From Chiloscyllium plagiosum (lineage: Eukaryota), in the NCBI RefSeq assembly GCF_004010195.1, contig NC_057719.1:43864847-43928846 (forward strand): a DNA stretch of 64,000 nucleotides. Reading direction: 5' to 3'. Below are positions 1 through 12,795 of the stretch, one piece after another. A program made the translations under genes and the position numbers. The notes beneath the pieces were generated by a model, which was not told the origin of the DNA, made no database searches, and saw only the letters and a program-made list of their open reading frames with translations. Each line of letters begins with the position of its first letter. Position 1 is the first letter of the stretch.

Positions 1-191
1 TCACCTTGACCTCCCTCCACCTATCGCATTTCCAACGCCCCTCCCCCAAGTCCCTCCTCCCTACCTTTTATCTTAGCCTGCAAGACTCACTTTCCTCATT
101 CCTGAAGAAGGGCTTATGCCCGAAACGTCGATTCTCCTGTTCCTTGGATGCTGCCTGACCTGCTGCGCTTTTCCAGCAACACATTTTCAGC
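1..191 (+). mobile_element. Penelope-like (family A) terminal-repeat fragment with hammerhead-like motif, truncated by window edge
   Basis: attcCTGAAGAagggcttatgcccGAAAcgtc at 98-129; same sequence as the copies at 31k, 39k and 47k. Confidence 0.75.
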
Positions 192-371
192 CCAGGTCAC
201 TTTCTACTCAATTTATTGAGCACAATAAACATTTCTGTTTCCACGATTGTTTCTGGTGGGACATTCTATACCAAAACAACAGTCTGAGTAAAATAAAAAC
301 TTCTAAATTCTTCCTTCATTTTGTTGTTGATAATAAACAGGGAACCCAAATTAAGATCCATAAGACTTATG

Positions 372-490
372 CCCTGATGAAGGGCTTATGCCTGAAACGT
401 CGATTCTTCTGCTCCTCAGATGTTGCCTGACCTCCTGTGCTTTCCCCAGCACTACACTCTAAACTCTAATTTCTCTAGTCACTTCCCCTA
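372..490 (+). mobile_element. Penelope-like family A fragment with hammerhead-like motif
   Basis: CTGATGAagggcttatgcctGAAAcgtc at 374-401 plus the family A downstream arm. Confidence 0.7.
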
Positions 491-606
491 ATTAAAGCTT
501 CTTGTCCCTTGTATCATTTTTGTGAATTTTCTTAATGACCTGTCCATAGGCTTGACCTTAAACCAAATAAGGGAGCAGTTTTTCTGTTCAGCGCCTTAGT
601 GTATTT

Positions 607-1323
607 AGAGTCCTAGAGATGTACAGCATGGAAAAGGCCTTCATTCCAACTTGTCCATGCTAATCAGGTATTCCAACCCAATCTAGACCCACCTGCCAGC
701 CTCTGGACCATACCCCTCCAAACCCTTCCTATTCGTATACCCATCCAAATGCCTTTTAAATGTTGCAATTGTACTAGCCTCTATCATTTCCTCTGGCAGC
801 CCATTCCACGTACGCATCATTTTCTGCCAGAAAATGTTGGTCCTTAGATCTCTCTTATATCTTTCCCCTCTCACCCTAAACCTGTGCCCTCGAGTTCTGG
901 ACTCCCCCACCTATTCAACCTCTCCCTATAGCTCAAATCCTCCAACCCTGGCAACATCCTTGTAAACCTTTTCTGAACCCTTTCAAGTTTCACAACATCC
1001 TTCCGATAGGAAGGAGACCAGAATTGCATGCAATATTCCAAAAGTGGCCTAACCAACATCTTGTACACCACAACATGACCTCCCAACTGCTGTCGTCAAT
1101 ACTCTGACCAATAAGGAAAGCATACTAAATGCCTTTTTCACTGCCCTATCTACCTGCGACTCTACTTTCAAGGAGCTATGAACCTGCACTTCCAGGTCTC
1201 TTTGTTCAGCATCACTCCCTAGGACCTTACCTTTAAGCGTATAAGCCCTGCTAAGATTTGCTTTCCCAAAATGCAGCACCTCGCATTTATCTAAATTAAA
1301 CTCCATCTGCCACTCCTCAGCCC
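607..1323 (-). mobile_element. CR1 LINE 3' fragment
   Basis: RT C-terminal peptides (WQMEFNLDKCEVLHFG, LVRPLLEYCMQFWSP, WNGLPEE) and CR1 3' tail. Confidence 0.92.
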
Positions 1324-1633
1324 TTTGGTTTGAAGACTTCTGCATAACAAACACAAAAATGATGGGAAATAAGGACTGCATAGAGATGAGGAACCCTTCT
1401 TGGTCTTATATTTTTTACAAATGTCTGCAGTCCTGGCTGCCTACGCCATGCTGCACTCCTCTCTGGCAATTTAAGCTCAGATAGTACAGGTAAACAGCAG
1501 TGGCATTCCTTTTTAATATGTCCTTAAATATCATTGCAAAATGATCTTAAGTGCTATTATATTGTCCTACTATAGATCTTGGGCTCCACTAATAGTTTGC
1601 ATATGTTATCCTGATCACCTATAGACTTAGTTG

Positions 1634-2200
1634 TCATGGAGTAGGTAGAGGATTCCTGCCCAGAGAAGTGGGCATGAAAATGAGGATGGTTGAGGAAGAA
1701 TTCACTGTCATGCCCAAAATCCATTGAGGCAGGATGTGAGTGATAAAATAAAGTCTGTTGTTGAACACTGATTTTTCAGTATCAGGGTGTAGAAGGTCAG
1801 TGGATAAAAATAAAGTGGAATGAGAAGAGTGGATGTGGTCAGATGGATGAAGAGGAGAGGAAGGATCCAATACGGCATCAGTACCTGTGAGTTGTTGGAG
1901 CTGGCGTTCCTTATTACTCTAAAAGGGAGCATGTTCCTTGTTAAGGCATTAAATGAAATGAATAATAAAATGAAACTGGGGGCCAGGATAGTTTTGAGAT
2001 AGTGTGAGGTGGTGCTGACGGAGACAGAATGTGCATCTCAGGATGCAGCGAGGCAGCTATACATGAAGCTTAATATGTTGTGAAGATGCTTAAAATCCAA
2101 TTTAGATGAAGGATGGAAATTCAATTATGTTGCTGGTGAGTATGACGCAGCTAAAGGCAGTCACTGAAGAAAGGGATGTGGTTATGAAAACTAATTTTGG
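1634..2200 (-). mobile_element. Degenerate Penelope-like ORF fragment (N-terminal/RT-proximal region)
   Basis: STDLLHPDTEKSVFNNRLYFI resembles the PLE 'PxDLxLSxxExSVLxKGLxF' motif as I recall it; heavily decayed. Confidence 0.35.
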
Positions 2201-2359
2201 TGAACCCCTTTTCAGATTCTAGAATGGAACTAGACAACAATAAGTGTGAACAAACCAAAAGATTCTAATAGAAATCCCACTGGGGAGAAGTGCGGAACTT
2301 CTTTAAGATAGGTGGTTTTGGAAGAGAAGTGATAGTGAATTAGTACTAAATTAGAATCT

Positions 2360-2815
2360 AATTGCTGGAAAAGAATATCTGTGGAGAGTGAAATAGAGTT
2401 AACATTTCAACTACAATGTGACTCTATTTCAGAACCAAAAGGCCTGGAAAAGTGATGGATTTTATGCTGCAGGAAAAGGGGAAAGGAGGAGCAAGTGGAA
2501 CAAATGGTAAAGGAATGCTACTGGTAGCAAAGAAGAGATGAATGAAGAGTCATGAAAGGTATGGGTCAACTCCCTCGAGAGCAAACCCATGCAGACAAGA
2601 TGGTAGGGGATGTGGAGGAAGGGGAAGGAGAATTAATCAACATGAAGACAGCGTTCATAATCTGAAGTTGTTGAACTCCGTGCTGAGCACAAAAGTCTGT
2701 AAAATGTGGAAATGGAAAATGAGATACTGTTCCTCCAGCCAGCATTACACTGAATCACTGCAGCAAGCAAAAGTAATCTTGTCCTATATTGACTAAATGT
2801 GATTGGGAATTGGCT
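2360..2815 (-). mobile_element. Penelope-like 3' remnant (GIY-YIG C-terminus plus terminal repeat)
   Basis: minus frame LEEQYLIFHFHILQTFVLSTEFNNFRL* (about 2657-2738) fits the PLE 'LEEQHLIFxLGTLxPxGLNxEF' end; decayed hammerhead-like repeat at about 2395-2435. Confidence 0.6.
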
Positions 2816-5439
2816 TACAGAGCACTGTGATGCCAACAGCGTGGAGGACTCTCCTCCTCAACCTCTTCCCTTGCCAGAGGTCTGGTAGCCTTCAGGTTAA
2901 ATCACCACCAGTCACTTCTCTCTAATGAGAGAGCAGCTCGTATGATCTGGTAAGACTATGGTGACACAACAACAAAAAATTTGATTATGTCTCATCTTCA
3001 TTACGGAATTCCTGGTTTTATATTGGGGTTGATTAAGGGCAGTGATTATTGCAATATTAGGGATATTATTTCCAAAGCACTTCACTGGTCAATTAAACCA
3101 TAGGACTGACTTATATTTAGCACCATGTCTGCTAAATATGCTGATGTTTTCTTTAAATTTAAGACTCGTTTTAATGGTAGATGATGTTTAACTAATGTCT
3201 TTTGCTGCATCATGATTAAATGGTGCTGAAAAAAAAACATTTACTAGAGTCCTCCTGGCTTTGTCCATTACAGGTTGCATTGCAAATTTTACTCTCTGCT
3301 GGGAATAAACTGCTTTTAGCTTTTATTTTACATTTTTCCTTTTAGGTCACTATCAGTTCAGTGAGTGACTTGCCATCATTATACTGTTTCTTAGAATAGA
3401 AACATCTGGGGAAATAAGTCACAGTTGACCTTGTATTTGTTGGTTATTATGCAAGGAAAATCTGGTCCCTGGTTGCCACAGGAGGTCAGGCACCTATATT
3501 GCTAGTCCCATCTCTACTTTGAAAAAAAATTCTTTAATTTTGTTGTTCTAGGCTAAAAGATTATTTTGTTATTAGGTACACTGACACATCCTTCTGTGTT
3601 GTCACACTGATCATCTGAGATCTGAAGTACTTAGAAAATTTTGGAAATACTGTCTGGTAGCATCTGTGGAGTGGGAAAAAGTTAACATTTTAGCTGATGA
3701 CCTTTTGCCAGAGCTACCTGCCAATCTGAGGTTCAGTTCTAGATAATACACAAATTATTGCATCTAGATTTGGGTTATAAATTCTGTACACCTCCCACTG
3801 ATTCCCTCATTCCCCAGACATTGTTTCCAACTTTGGCACCTTATTCAAGGCCAGCTGAGTTTTTGACCTCGTATCCTAGCCATCAAAAAGATCAATCACT
3901 TCCACGAGACTCCTCAAGTCTGCTTCAAGTTGTGCCTTTTTCAACCTCCATGAAAGCTCTGCTGATCATGCAGCAAGCCCATTCATGTAACACTCCTGTC
4001 ATTGCTGACCTATATTGACTCCCAGTTCCTTCACATTTTAATTTAAATTTCTCTTTGTTGTGTTTGAGTCATTTATGAAGAACATTCTTTTCTTCTCCAA
4101 ACCTTACCTTACCTTGTTGATTCAGCCAACTAGTGATCATACTGTGGAATTATCTCTCCTAGCTTCTCCACTGACTTTAAAGATAAATAGGAAAATTCAT
4201 AACATTAACCAAACATGTTGCATCAGCCTTACTGATATTGTATTACCCTTAAACTTCTACAAGATATAGTTATTTGGACACAACATTCTTTGAAAATATA
4301 TCTGTGATACCAATTCTGTCAAATCGCTATTGCGTATTCCTACAGTCCCATTTTTGTATTGGTTTGTAAAAACCAAAGCAAATTATTCATTAAACACCTC
4401 TGGCAATCTTTTACTCTTTATTACTGGATGATTCTCTTCAAATCTGTCTCTTTTTTTAATTATCCTTTGCATGAAAGTATTATTTCCCTGCATATTGACC
4501 ATCATTATTTATTTCTGCTGCCTTTATTGCTTTTTTGCAGTTTCAATTATGTATTCCTTCTGTGTTTTTCATATCTTGTATAGTTGTTTAATCATCTCTC
4601 TACTTACGTTTTTTTTAAATCCCCCTCTCTATTTATCCAAGCCTTTGACGTATCATTTTATTCCAGTTAAAATGCATTGAGCCTAAACCTTATCCAAATT
4701 GTGTTTAAATATTATTGGTTGCTGTTTCATTTGCCATGTTAAAATGAGAGCTTATTTTAAATAAGAAAAGAAACAGAAATCTAGGCTATGTCCCTTTGTT
4801 GCAGTGTAATTAGCCAATTTCCACACTGACATCTTTACTTTTGATTCTTTATCTATTTTCTATCTAATTAGGCTACAGTCATTATTTCCCAAGTGTTCTC
4901 CTACTTTTAAGTTCTTTTCCTACCCTTTCATTCCCACAATTCGGTCCAGTATTCATTCTTCTGATCATGCAATTTACTATGAAACCGTTTTGGATGGTAA
5001 ATGTTGGTAAATAGGAAGAGGCAGAGTAGGGAAACATGTTTTTAAAAAAAATTCTCCTCGTTGGCCAGCTGACTTATTTTCTGGTTTCACAGAGAGCAGA
5101 TAAGGGCCTTCTTTTAATATATAAATTATTTTAAGTACGTGGAAGTTGGAGAGCTTCCAGGGTTATGTGAGAGAGTAGGACAGTGAAATGCATTTTGGAT
5201 TGCTCAAGTAATGAACTGGCAAAGTTACAATGGTTTACATGATGTCCTTTTGTACTATGAACTGTTATGGCTCTGTGAAGACAACACATATCCTCAACCC
5301 CCAAGTTACTTCTGTGGACAGCTTTCCACATTGAATCTTCCCATTTCCAGCAATTGTCGACATCTTTACGTTGATTCCCCCTTCCCCTCCCAGGTAGCAC
5401 CGTGCTGCATGCTGCAGTGGATAACATTGTATCTGTTAA

Positions 5440-5792
5440 GAGTGTAGTGCTGGAAAAGCACAGCAGGTCAGGCAGCATCTGAAGAGCAGGAGAATCAATG
5501 TTTCAGGCAAGAACCTTCAACAGGAATGAGGCTCGTGAGCTGAGGGGGTTAGAGAGATAAATGAGAGGGGGAGTGGGGCTGGGGGGAAGGCAGCTCAGAG
5601 TGTGATAGGTAACCCAGCCCCACTCCCCCTCCCATTTATCTCTCAGCCTCCTGGGCTCAGTAGCCTCATTCGTCATGAAAGGCTCTTGCCCGAAACATTG
5701 ATTCTCCTGGTTCTCGGATGCTTTCTGACCTGTGTTTTTCCAACATCACACACTCAACTCAAATCTCCAGCATCTGCAGTCCTTACTTTCTC
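5440..5792. mobile_element. Penelope-like family A fold-back element (older subfamily)
   Basis: two inverted arms of about 140 nt (5440-5585 versus 5612-5755); ends ...ctccagcatctgcagtccttactttctc; flanking tctgttaa direct repeat. Confidence 0.8.
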
Positions 5793-7199
5793 TGTTAATT
5801 GAATCTGTTAAGTCTATTGTTTTTTTTTCAGAAGCAATTTTTCATTCCAATTTTCACACAGTTCCTTACTAGAGGAGTTAGCTTATTTCAATTTTAGTGG
5901 GCTGTCTGTCTTCTGACTGTGTGCACTTTCAGTTCACTCACAGCAATATAACTGCCCTTCAAAATATTAATACATATCAGTCATGTTCATCTTACTTAAA
6001 GCCAGCAATATTTTATTCTATGGCTTTCTTCATAACTTTTAATAAATTTGACATTAATTATCGTCTTCTGGCAGTAATTACATATACACATACATAGATT
6101 ATCTATTTAAATCAGTATTTTCTAGTCACAAAAGTCAAATACTGTAATGGTACTTTCTTTTGAATAGGTAGGAATTACAGGAAATGACTTTTACAATTGA
6201 GTTAGCATAACTATTCCTTTGGAAGAAAATGCCACATTGTAAGATAAATCTGACTTGCTTTTTAAGGTTACTTAGGATTTCGTTCAAAATCTAGAAGTGA
6301 TTGGTGGTAGTAGTGCAGTGGTAGTGTCCCTTCCCCTGGATCAGGAGGCCCAGCTATCGGAGGTGTGTAATAATATGTCTGACCAGTTTGATTAGAAAAA
6401 TAGATTAAAAAGAAGTTAAAACTGACTACTGTAAACCTAAGGTAGATGCATGTTTTCAGTACTATGTCACTTTCTTAAAATCAGAATTTAGTAATGGCAT
6501 TTATGCTTTAACTTCGAATCATTCAAAAAGTCTCAAATCACCTGACTTTATCATCATCAACTGACAGACCCTGTGCTGGCCCTCCTTTCTTTTAATATCT
6601 TTTCAGCAGCTTTTGTAGCACAAGGAACATAAGAAAAGAGGAAACATCCAACCGGCAACAATTCCAATGTATACTGAACAGGTGTGTTGCTTATCCAGAT
6701 GAACTCATTTCTTTTTAAAAGAAAGCTTTCCATCTCACAATAAAAGAACATTTAATATGTGAAATGCCATATCAGTTTTTGTCACGATTTTCATTGTTTC
6801 CTGAAGGTATTACTCTTTAATGGAGTACAATTCCACAGTTTCCAGACACATTCAATTCTCCAAACTATTGTTATCCGTCCATTTTAATAATGAGTGTCAC
6901 TAATTTATTGAGTTGTAGAGGGAACTTTATAGTGAGCTCAATCAGAATCTTGCATGCATTTCAGAATAAGTTGTTTTCTGCTCTGAGCCAAAATAAAACA
7001 GACCATGTCCTGTTGTATAAGAGCAATCTTCCAGCCCTGGAGCTGCTGGAACTGGGGACAGGCAGGGAACTCAAATTGGCAGGATGTTGGAAGAATCCCA
7101 CTGTATTTCTATCTCCACTGGAATTTTCCTTGGTGGAAAGGCCAGATCTTCTGACCTGGCCTCCAACTGAAACCTTTGAATCTGATAATCCACAACCAC

Positions 7200-8410
7200 A
7201 TATGTCTGCTTTTTCTCTAAATCCTTAACTCCCTTGTTGATAAAAATCTGTCTGTCTCAGCCTTGAATATTCCAGCCTCAACAACCCTCTGAAGTAAACA
7301 ATTCCACAGATTCATTACCCTCTGAGAGAAGTAGTTCCACCTCGAGCCTGTCTCAGTTGTGTGATCCCCCCCCATTCTGAAATGTATGTTCTGTTGTGCT
7401 AGATTCTCCGACAAGGAGAAACCATCTCTCGACATCTACCTTGTCAAGTCCCCTGAGAACCTTATACTTTTCAATAAGATTACCTCTTATTCTTCCAAAT
7501 TCCAATGAGTACAGGTCCAACCTACTTTTTGCTATTACTTGTCTGTGCCCTCTTATTCTCAATCCCTTTGAATGGGATCAGTTTCTCCTTGTCTGCTTTG
7601 TCTAGGCATCTCATGATTTGAATACATCTAAGTGATGGGGCGGCACAGTCGTTAGCACTGCTGCCTCACAGCGCCAGGGACCCGGGTTCAAGTCTCACCT
7701 CGGGCAACTGTCTGTGCTGAGTTTGCACATTCTCCCCATGTCTGCATGGGTTTCCTCCAGGTGCTCCGGTTTCTTCCCACATTCCAAAGATGGTTAGGTG
7801 AATTGGCCATGCTAAGTTGCCTACAGTGTTAGTTGAAGGGTTAAAAGTAGGGGAATGGGTCTGGGTGGCTTGCTCTTTGGCGGGTCGGTGTGGACTTGAT
7901 GGGCCAAAGGGCCTGTTTCCACACTGTAAGTAATCTAATCTAATCGGATCTTATAAAATGGTCTCTATATACCTGATGTCAATCTAGTCAATCTTTTCTG
8001 GGCTGCCTCCAATGTCAGTATTTCTTTCTTTAGTTTAGGGAGTTAAAACTGTTCACAATATGTGCTAGATTCTCCGACAAGGAGAAACCATCTCTCGACA
8101 TCTACCTTGTCAAGTCCCCTGAGAATCTTGTATTTTTCAATAAGATTGCCTCTTATTCTTCCAAATTCCAATGAGTACAGATCCAACCTACTTAACCTAC
8201 CCTTATAAAATGGTCTCTATATACCTGATGTCTATCTAGTCAATCTTTTCTGGGCTGCCTCCAATGTCAGTATTTCTTTCTTTAGTTTAGGGAGTTAAAA
8301 CTGTTCACAGTATTCCAGTTGTAGTCTGATTAGTGCCTTGTATTGTTTTAATAAAATCTTCTTGCTTTTATACTCCATTCCCTTTGAAACAAAAGCCAAT
8401 GTTTCATTTG
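7200..8410 (-). mobile_element. Older CR1 3' fragment with an internal ~250-bp duplication and nested insertions
   Basis: peptides YFSQRVMNLWNCL and IRGNLIEKYKVLRGLDKVD; 7396-7526 plus 7950-8058 are repeated at 8061-8308. Confidence 0.75.
7637..7945 (+). mobile_element. tRNA-derived V-SINE (HE1-like)
   Basis: A/B boxes (ggcacagtcgttagc...ggttcaagtc), V-domain (gagtttgcacattctcccc...gggtttcctcc), LINE-like tail ending (taatc)n. Confidence 0.88.
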
Positions 8411-8503
8411 ATCTAAGATCTAAATGATCTACTATTACATCCTTTAAAATAGATTCTAACATTTTCCCAATAACTGATTTATCTTTACATTCTAAGGAGT
8501 TAT

Positions 8504-8827
8504 TAGATTAGATTAGATTAATTACAGTGTGGAAACAGGCCCTTCGGCCCAACAAGTCCACACCGACCTGCCGAAGCGCCACTCACCCACACCCATTCCC
8601 CTACATTTACCCCTTCACCTAACACTACGGGCAATTTAGCGTGGCCAATTCACCTAACCTGCACATTTTTGGACTGTGGGAGGAAACCGGAGCACCCGGA
8701 GGAAACCCACGCAGACAAGGGGAGAATGTGCAAACTCCACACAGTCAGTCGCCTGAGGCAGGAATTGAACCCGGGTCTCTGGCGCTGTGAGGCAGCAGTG
8801 CTAACCATTGTGCCACCGTGCCGCCCC
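8504..8827 (-). mobile_element. tRNA-derived V-SINE (HE1-like)
   Basis: reverse-complement copy of the same SINE; (gatta)n tail; possible agttat TSD. Confidence 0.9.
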
Positions 8828-8984
8828 AAAGTTATATGCTTATGTTCCTACAGAACTATCTGTTAGCCTTAGTCTTTAATAGCTTATGCCACTCCAGCCT
8901 TTTTGAGAACCTTGTTATGGAGTATCTCAGGTTATCAGCCTTGTAATTCCCATTGTACACCCTAATTCACCAAAGATCCTTAGA

Positions 8985-9292
8985 CAGAACCTTCCAAACC
9001 CACAGCCACTACCACATAGAAGGATAAGAGCAGTAGGTACTTCGGAACATCACCACCTGCAAGTCCTCCTCCAAGCCACTCATCATCCTGACGTAGAAAT
9101 ATATTGCCGTTCCTTTAAAGCAATTGGGACAAAATCCTGCAACTCTCTCCATAAAAGCATTGTGGATCTACCTACAGCACATGGACAGCAGCAGTTCAAG
9201 AAGGCAACTATTATCTTTTTAAAGGCAGCTAGAGGCAGGCAATAATTGCTGGACTGGCCAGTGACATTCATACTCCATGAGCAAATAAAAAA
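8985..9292 (+). mobile_element. Ancient LINE 3' end (CR1/L2-like family whose tail is shared with the SINE at 44.6 kb)
   Basis: ends ggcaataattgctggactggccagtgacattcatactccatgagcaaataaaaaa; related pieces near 10.1-10.5, 20.6-21.8, 25.5, 37.8-38.5, 43.2, 53.3-53.7, 56.2-58.0 and 62.2-63.2 kb. Confidence 0.55.
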
Positions 9293-11124
9293 TATACTGA
9301 CTTAATTCAAGGATGCATTTCATGCAATTTCAGTGTATCATGCCTATAATATTGTGCAATACTTTCTAAAGCCAATTCTGATGCTTGACAGGACTGCTTG
9401 CTGTGTGTACGCTTAGTACATTACAAATTTAAACCTGAAACTGTGTATTCTGTTTGTGTGCAGTGATTGGGCAGCTGAGATACGTGAATTATTGTTGCAA
9501 TAGTAGTCTAGTTATGAATTTGAGACAATGGAGATGGTGAGCAGAAGGATGTGGATTTGTTGCTGTCCTGAACAATTGTATAATTATCTACCTTGCAACA
9601 ATATTTTTGAAGTTGGGCATTCCTTATGTTGGTACAGAGAAATAGGTTGCAGTAATGACTGGCAGAGACCATAAAGGTTAGAAATAAAAATAATTTGCTG
9701 GCATAGTTAGAATTAGAAAATTAAATCATTAGAAATAAATAAGGAGGTCCATGTTAGATTTGGATTGCACTTGTAGAAATGTATAAAGAGTGTGCATAAA
9801 ATGTAAAAATGTATACATAATGTATAAATCAGTTTTGATTAAGGGAAATATTACAGTTGGAAAGAGATTTAGCCTTTAGGGATAAAGAAAACAATATTGA
9901 ACAAAAGTCCTAAGCTGCGGGCAGTTACCTTACTTCTAGCCTCCTTTGTGACACTCAAATGAAGGTTAATGGGATTTACTCTTGTGCATTTTTTTTCATC
10001 CCATTGCTATGTGTTGTCTTCTACAAGCAGCATTAGGGCTAGAATGAGGAGAGAGATTGCTTTTTTCAAAGTGTTACATATCTGGCTGGTTATTTATTGC
10101 CCTGGTGATGGTGTGCTGCCTTGTTCAACTGCTGCTCTTGTGGTATATCGTATTGAATGCTGGAGCAAACTTGAGGGGTCAAATGGCCTACTCCTGCTCC
10201 TATCTTCTGTGTTTCGATATAACTTCACCCATAGTGCTATTTGTGAAGAAGTTCCACGATTTTGACCTTGCAATGTTGAAGGATCATCAATCTGTTTCCA
10301 CATCAGGATGATGTGTGGCCTGGAGGGGATTTTGAAGTTGGTTATGTTCCCATGCAGCTGTTGCTCTTGCCTTTCTAGGTGTTCGAAGTTGTGGGTTTGG
10401 AAGGTACTATTGGAAGGAGCCTTGATGAGTAGTTGCATTGCATCTTGTAGATACTGTTGATACTGAGTATCAACGGTGTAGAGAACGATTTGAGGGTAGT
10501 GGGTGGACTGCTACCTTATGTATCATTTAGCTATATTACTTGGAAATAGTATCTTGCAACTGAAACATGCAAGAACTCTAGTAATAGAACAATCCCACAA
10601 GGTAACAGTATGGCATCGTGGAGACTTATGACAAGCTTTAAAGTATTTGAAGATATTGTGAAGAGGAGCTAAGTATAACTGTATACATGCATAGTACACT
10701 GGATCACTGGAAAATAGTAAGTCTCTTCCACATAGCTAACTTGGTGAAACTGGTAAATTTCTTCCAATGTTGCATTAAATCTCTTGATACAGTTACCATG
10801 TTATTTTGCTGCTAGCTACTTCCTGCCTTTGCATTGTAAAGATTATGTATTGGTTGAATGCTCCTTTCTAAATCGAGATTTCTCTATGCTTCAGCCCCTG
10901 TGGCAGAATTTATTTCAGTGCACCAGAGAAAAACAGAATGTTCTTTTCACTGCTGAACTAATTTCAGATATTGTGAATTTAGCAAAGAAAAAGTTTCTTG
11001 CTTGCATAAACTACCCCTTTACAGTGCTGCTGGATTTAAACTCTGCAGCAACACCTAATTTTCCATCTTGTACTATGAATGCTACATTTTGCTAGAAAAT
11101 GGGATTAGAATAGTTGGGTGGTTA

Positions 11125-12546
11125 TAGAGCCATAGAGATGTACAGCATGGAAACAGACCCTTCGGTCCAACCCGTCCATGCCGACCAGATTTCCCAACCC
11201 AATCTAGTCCCACCTGCCAGCACCCGGCCCATATACCTCCAAACTCTTCCTATTCATATACCCATCCAAATGCCTCTTAAATGTTGCAATTGTACCAGCC
11301 TCCACCACATCCTCTGGCAGCTCACTCCATACACGTACCACCCTCGGCGTGAAAAAGTTGCCGCTTAGGTCTCTTTTATCTTTCCCCTCTCACCTTAAAC
11401 CTATGCCCTCTAGTTCTGGACTCCCCGACCACAGGGAAAAGACTTTGTCTATTTATCCTATCCATGCCCCTCATAATTTTGTAAGCCTCTATAAGGTCAC
11501 CCCTCAGCCTCCGACACTCCACGGAAAACAGCCCCAGCCTGTTCAGCCTCTCCCTGTAGCTCAGATCCTCCAACCCTGGCAACATCCTTGTAAATCTTTT
11601 CTGAACCCTTTCAAGTTTCACAACATCTTTCCGATNNNNNNNNNNNNNNNNNNNNNNNNNNNNNNNNNNNNNNNNNNNNNNNNNNNNNNNNNNNNNNNNN
11701 NNNNNNNNNNNNNNNNNNNNNNNNNNNNNNNNNNNNNNNNNNNNNNNNNNNNNNNNNNNNNNNNNNNNNNNNNNNNNNNNNNNNNNNNNNNNNNNNNNNN
11801 NNNNNNNNNNNNNNNNNNNNNNNNNNNNNNNNNNNNNNNNNNNNNNNNNNNNNNNNNNNNNNNNNNNNNNNNNNNNNNNNNNNNNNNNNNNNNNNNNNNN
11901 NNNNNNNNNNNNNNNNNNNNNNNNNNNNNNNNNNNNNNNNNNNNNNNNNNNNNNNNNNNNNNNNNNNNNNNNNNNNNNNNNNNNNNNNNNNNNNNNNNNN
12001 NNNNNNNNNNNNNNNNNNNNNNNNNNNNNNNNNNNNNCCTTACTGAAGTCCATATAGATCACATCTACTGCTCTGCCCTCATCAATTTTCTTTGTTACTT
12101 TTTCAAAAAACTCATTCAAGTTTGTGAGACATGATTTCCCACGCACAAAGCCATGTTGACTATCCCGAATCAGTCCTTGCCTTTCCAAACACATGTACAT
12201 CCTAATCCTCAGGATTCCCTCCAACGATTTGCCCACCACCGAGGTCAGGCTCACCGGTCTATAGTTCCCTGGCTTGTCTTTACCGCCCTTCTTAAACAGT
12301 GGCATCACGTTTGCCAACCTCCAGTCTTCCGGCACCTCACCTGTGACTATCCATGATACAAATATCTCAGCAAGAGGCCCAGTACTCACTTCTCTAGCTT
12401 CCCACAGAGTTCTCAGGTACACCTGATCAGGCCCCTGGGATTTATCCACCTTTAACCGTTTCAAAACATCCAGCACTTCCTCCTCTGTAATCTGGACATT
12501 TTGCAAGATGTCACCATCTATTTCCCTACAGTCTATATCTTCCATA
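11125..12546 (-). mobile_element. Young CR1 LINE, 5'-truncated, spanning an assembly gap
   Basis: RT peptides KSQGPD...NYRPVSLTS...QHGFVRGKSCLTNL...VIYMDFSK; intact 3' tail. Confidence 0.95.
11636..12037. other. Assembly gap (N run)
   Basis: continuous n's. Confidence 1.
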
Positions 12547-12694
12547 TTTCTTTACTGGCACAGATGCGAAGGGCCAAATGGCCTTTTTTCTGTGCTGTAG
12601 ATCTCTATGACTAATCACAGGTGTTTCCAGTTCTGAGAACTTGTTCAGCATGCTAATGAGGCTGACCTAAAGGAAATAATTACAGTGTAGGGTT

Positions 12695-12795
12695 TTTGTG
12701 GCACAGTGGTCCTCTGAGCTAGGAGACCTGGGTTCAAGTCCTACTTGCTCCAGAGGTGTGTAATAATATCTCTGAGTAAGTTGATTAGAAAATTA
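12695..12795 (+). mobile_element. Short tRNA-derived SINE (related copies at about 6305-6400, 26510-26612 minus strand, 47875-47940 minus strand)
   Basis: tggcacagtgg...gggttcaagtcc followed by the shared tail gaggtgtgtaataatatctctgag..gttgattagaaaa. Confidence 0.6.

Noticed and set aside
7637..7700. tRNA gene-like A/B boxes here and at 8750-8827, 34849, 44588 and 53707
   Set aside because: SINE heads continuing into V-domain or LINE-derived tails, not tRNA genes.
11349..12545. Long ORFs of 261 and 389 aa
   Set aside because: Artefacts of translating through an N gap inside a CR1 copy.
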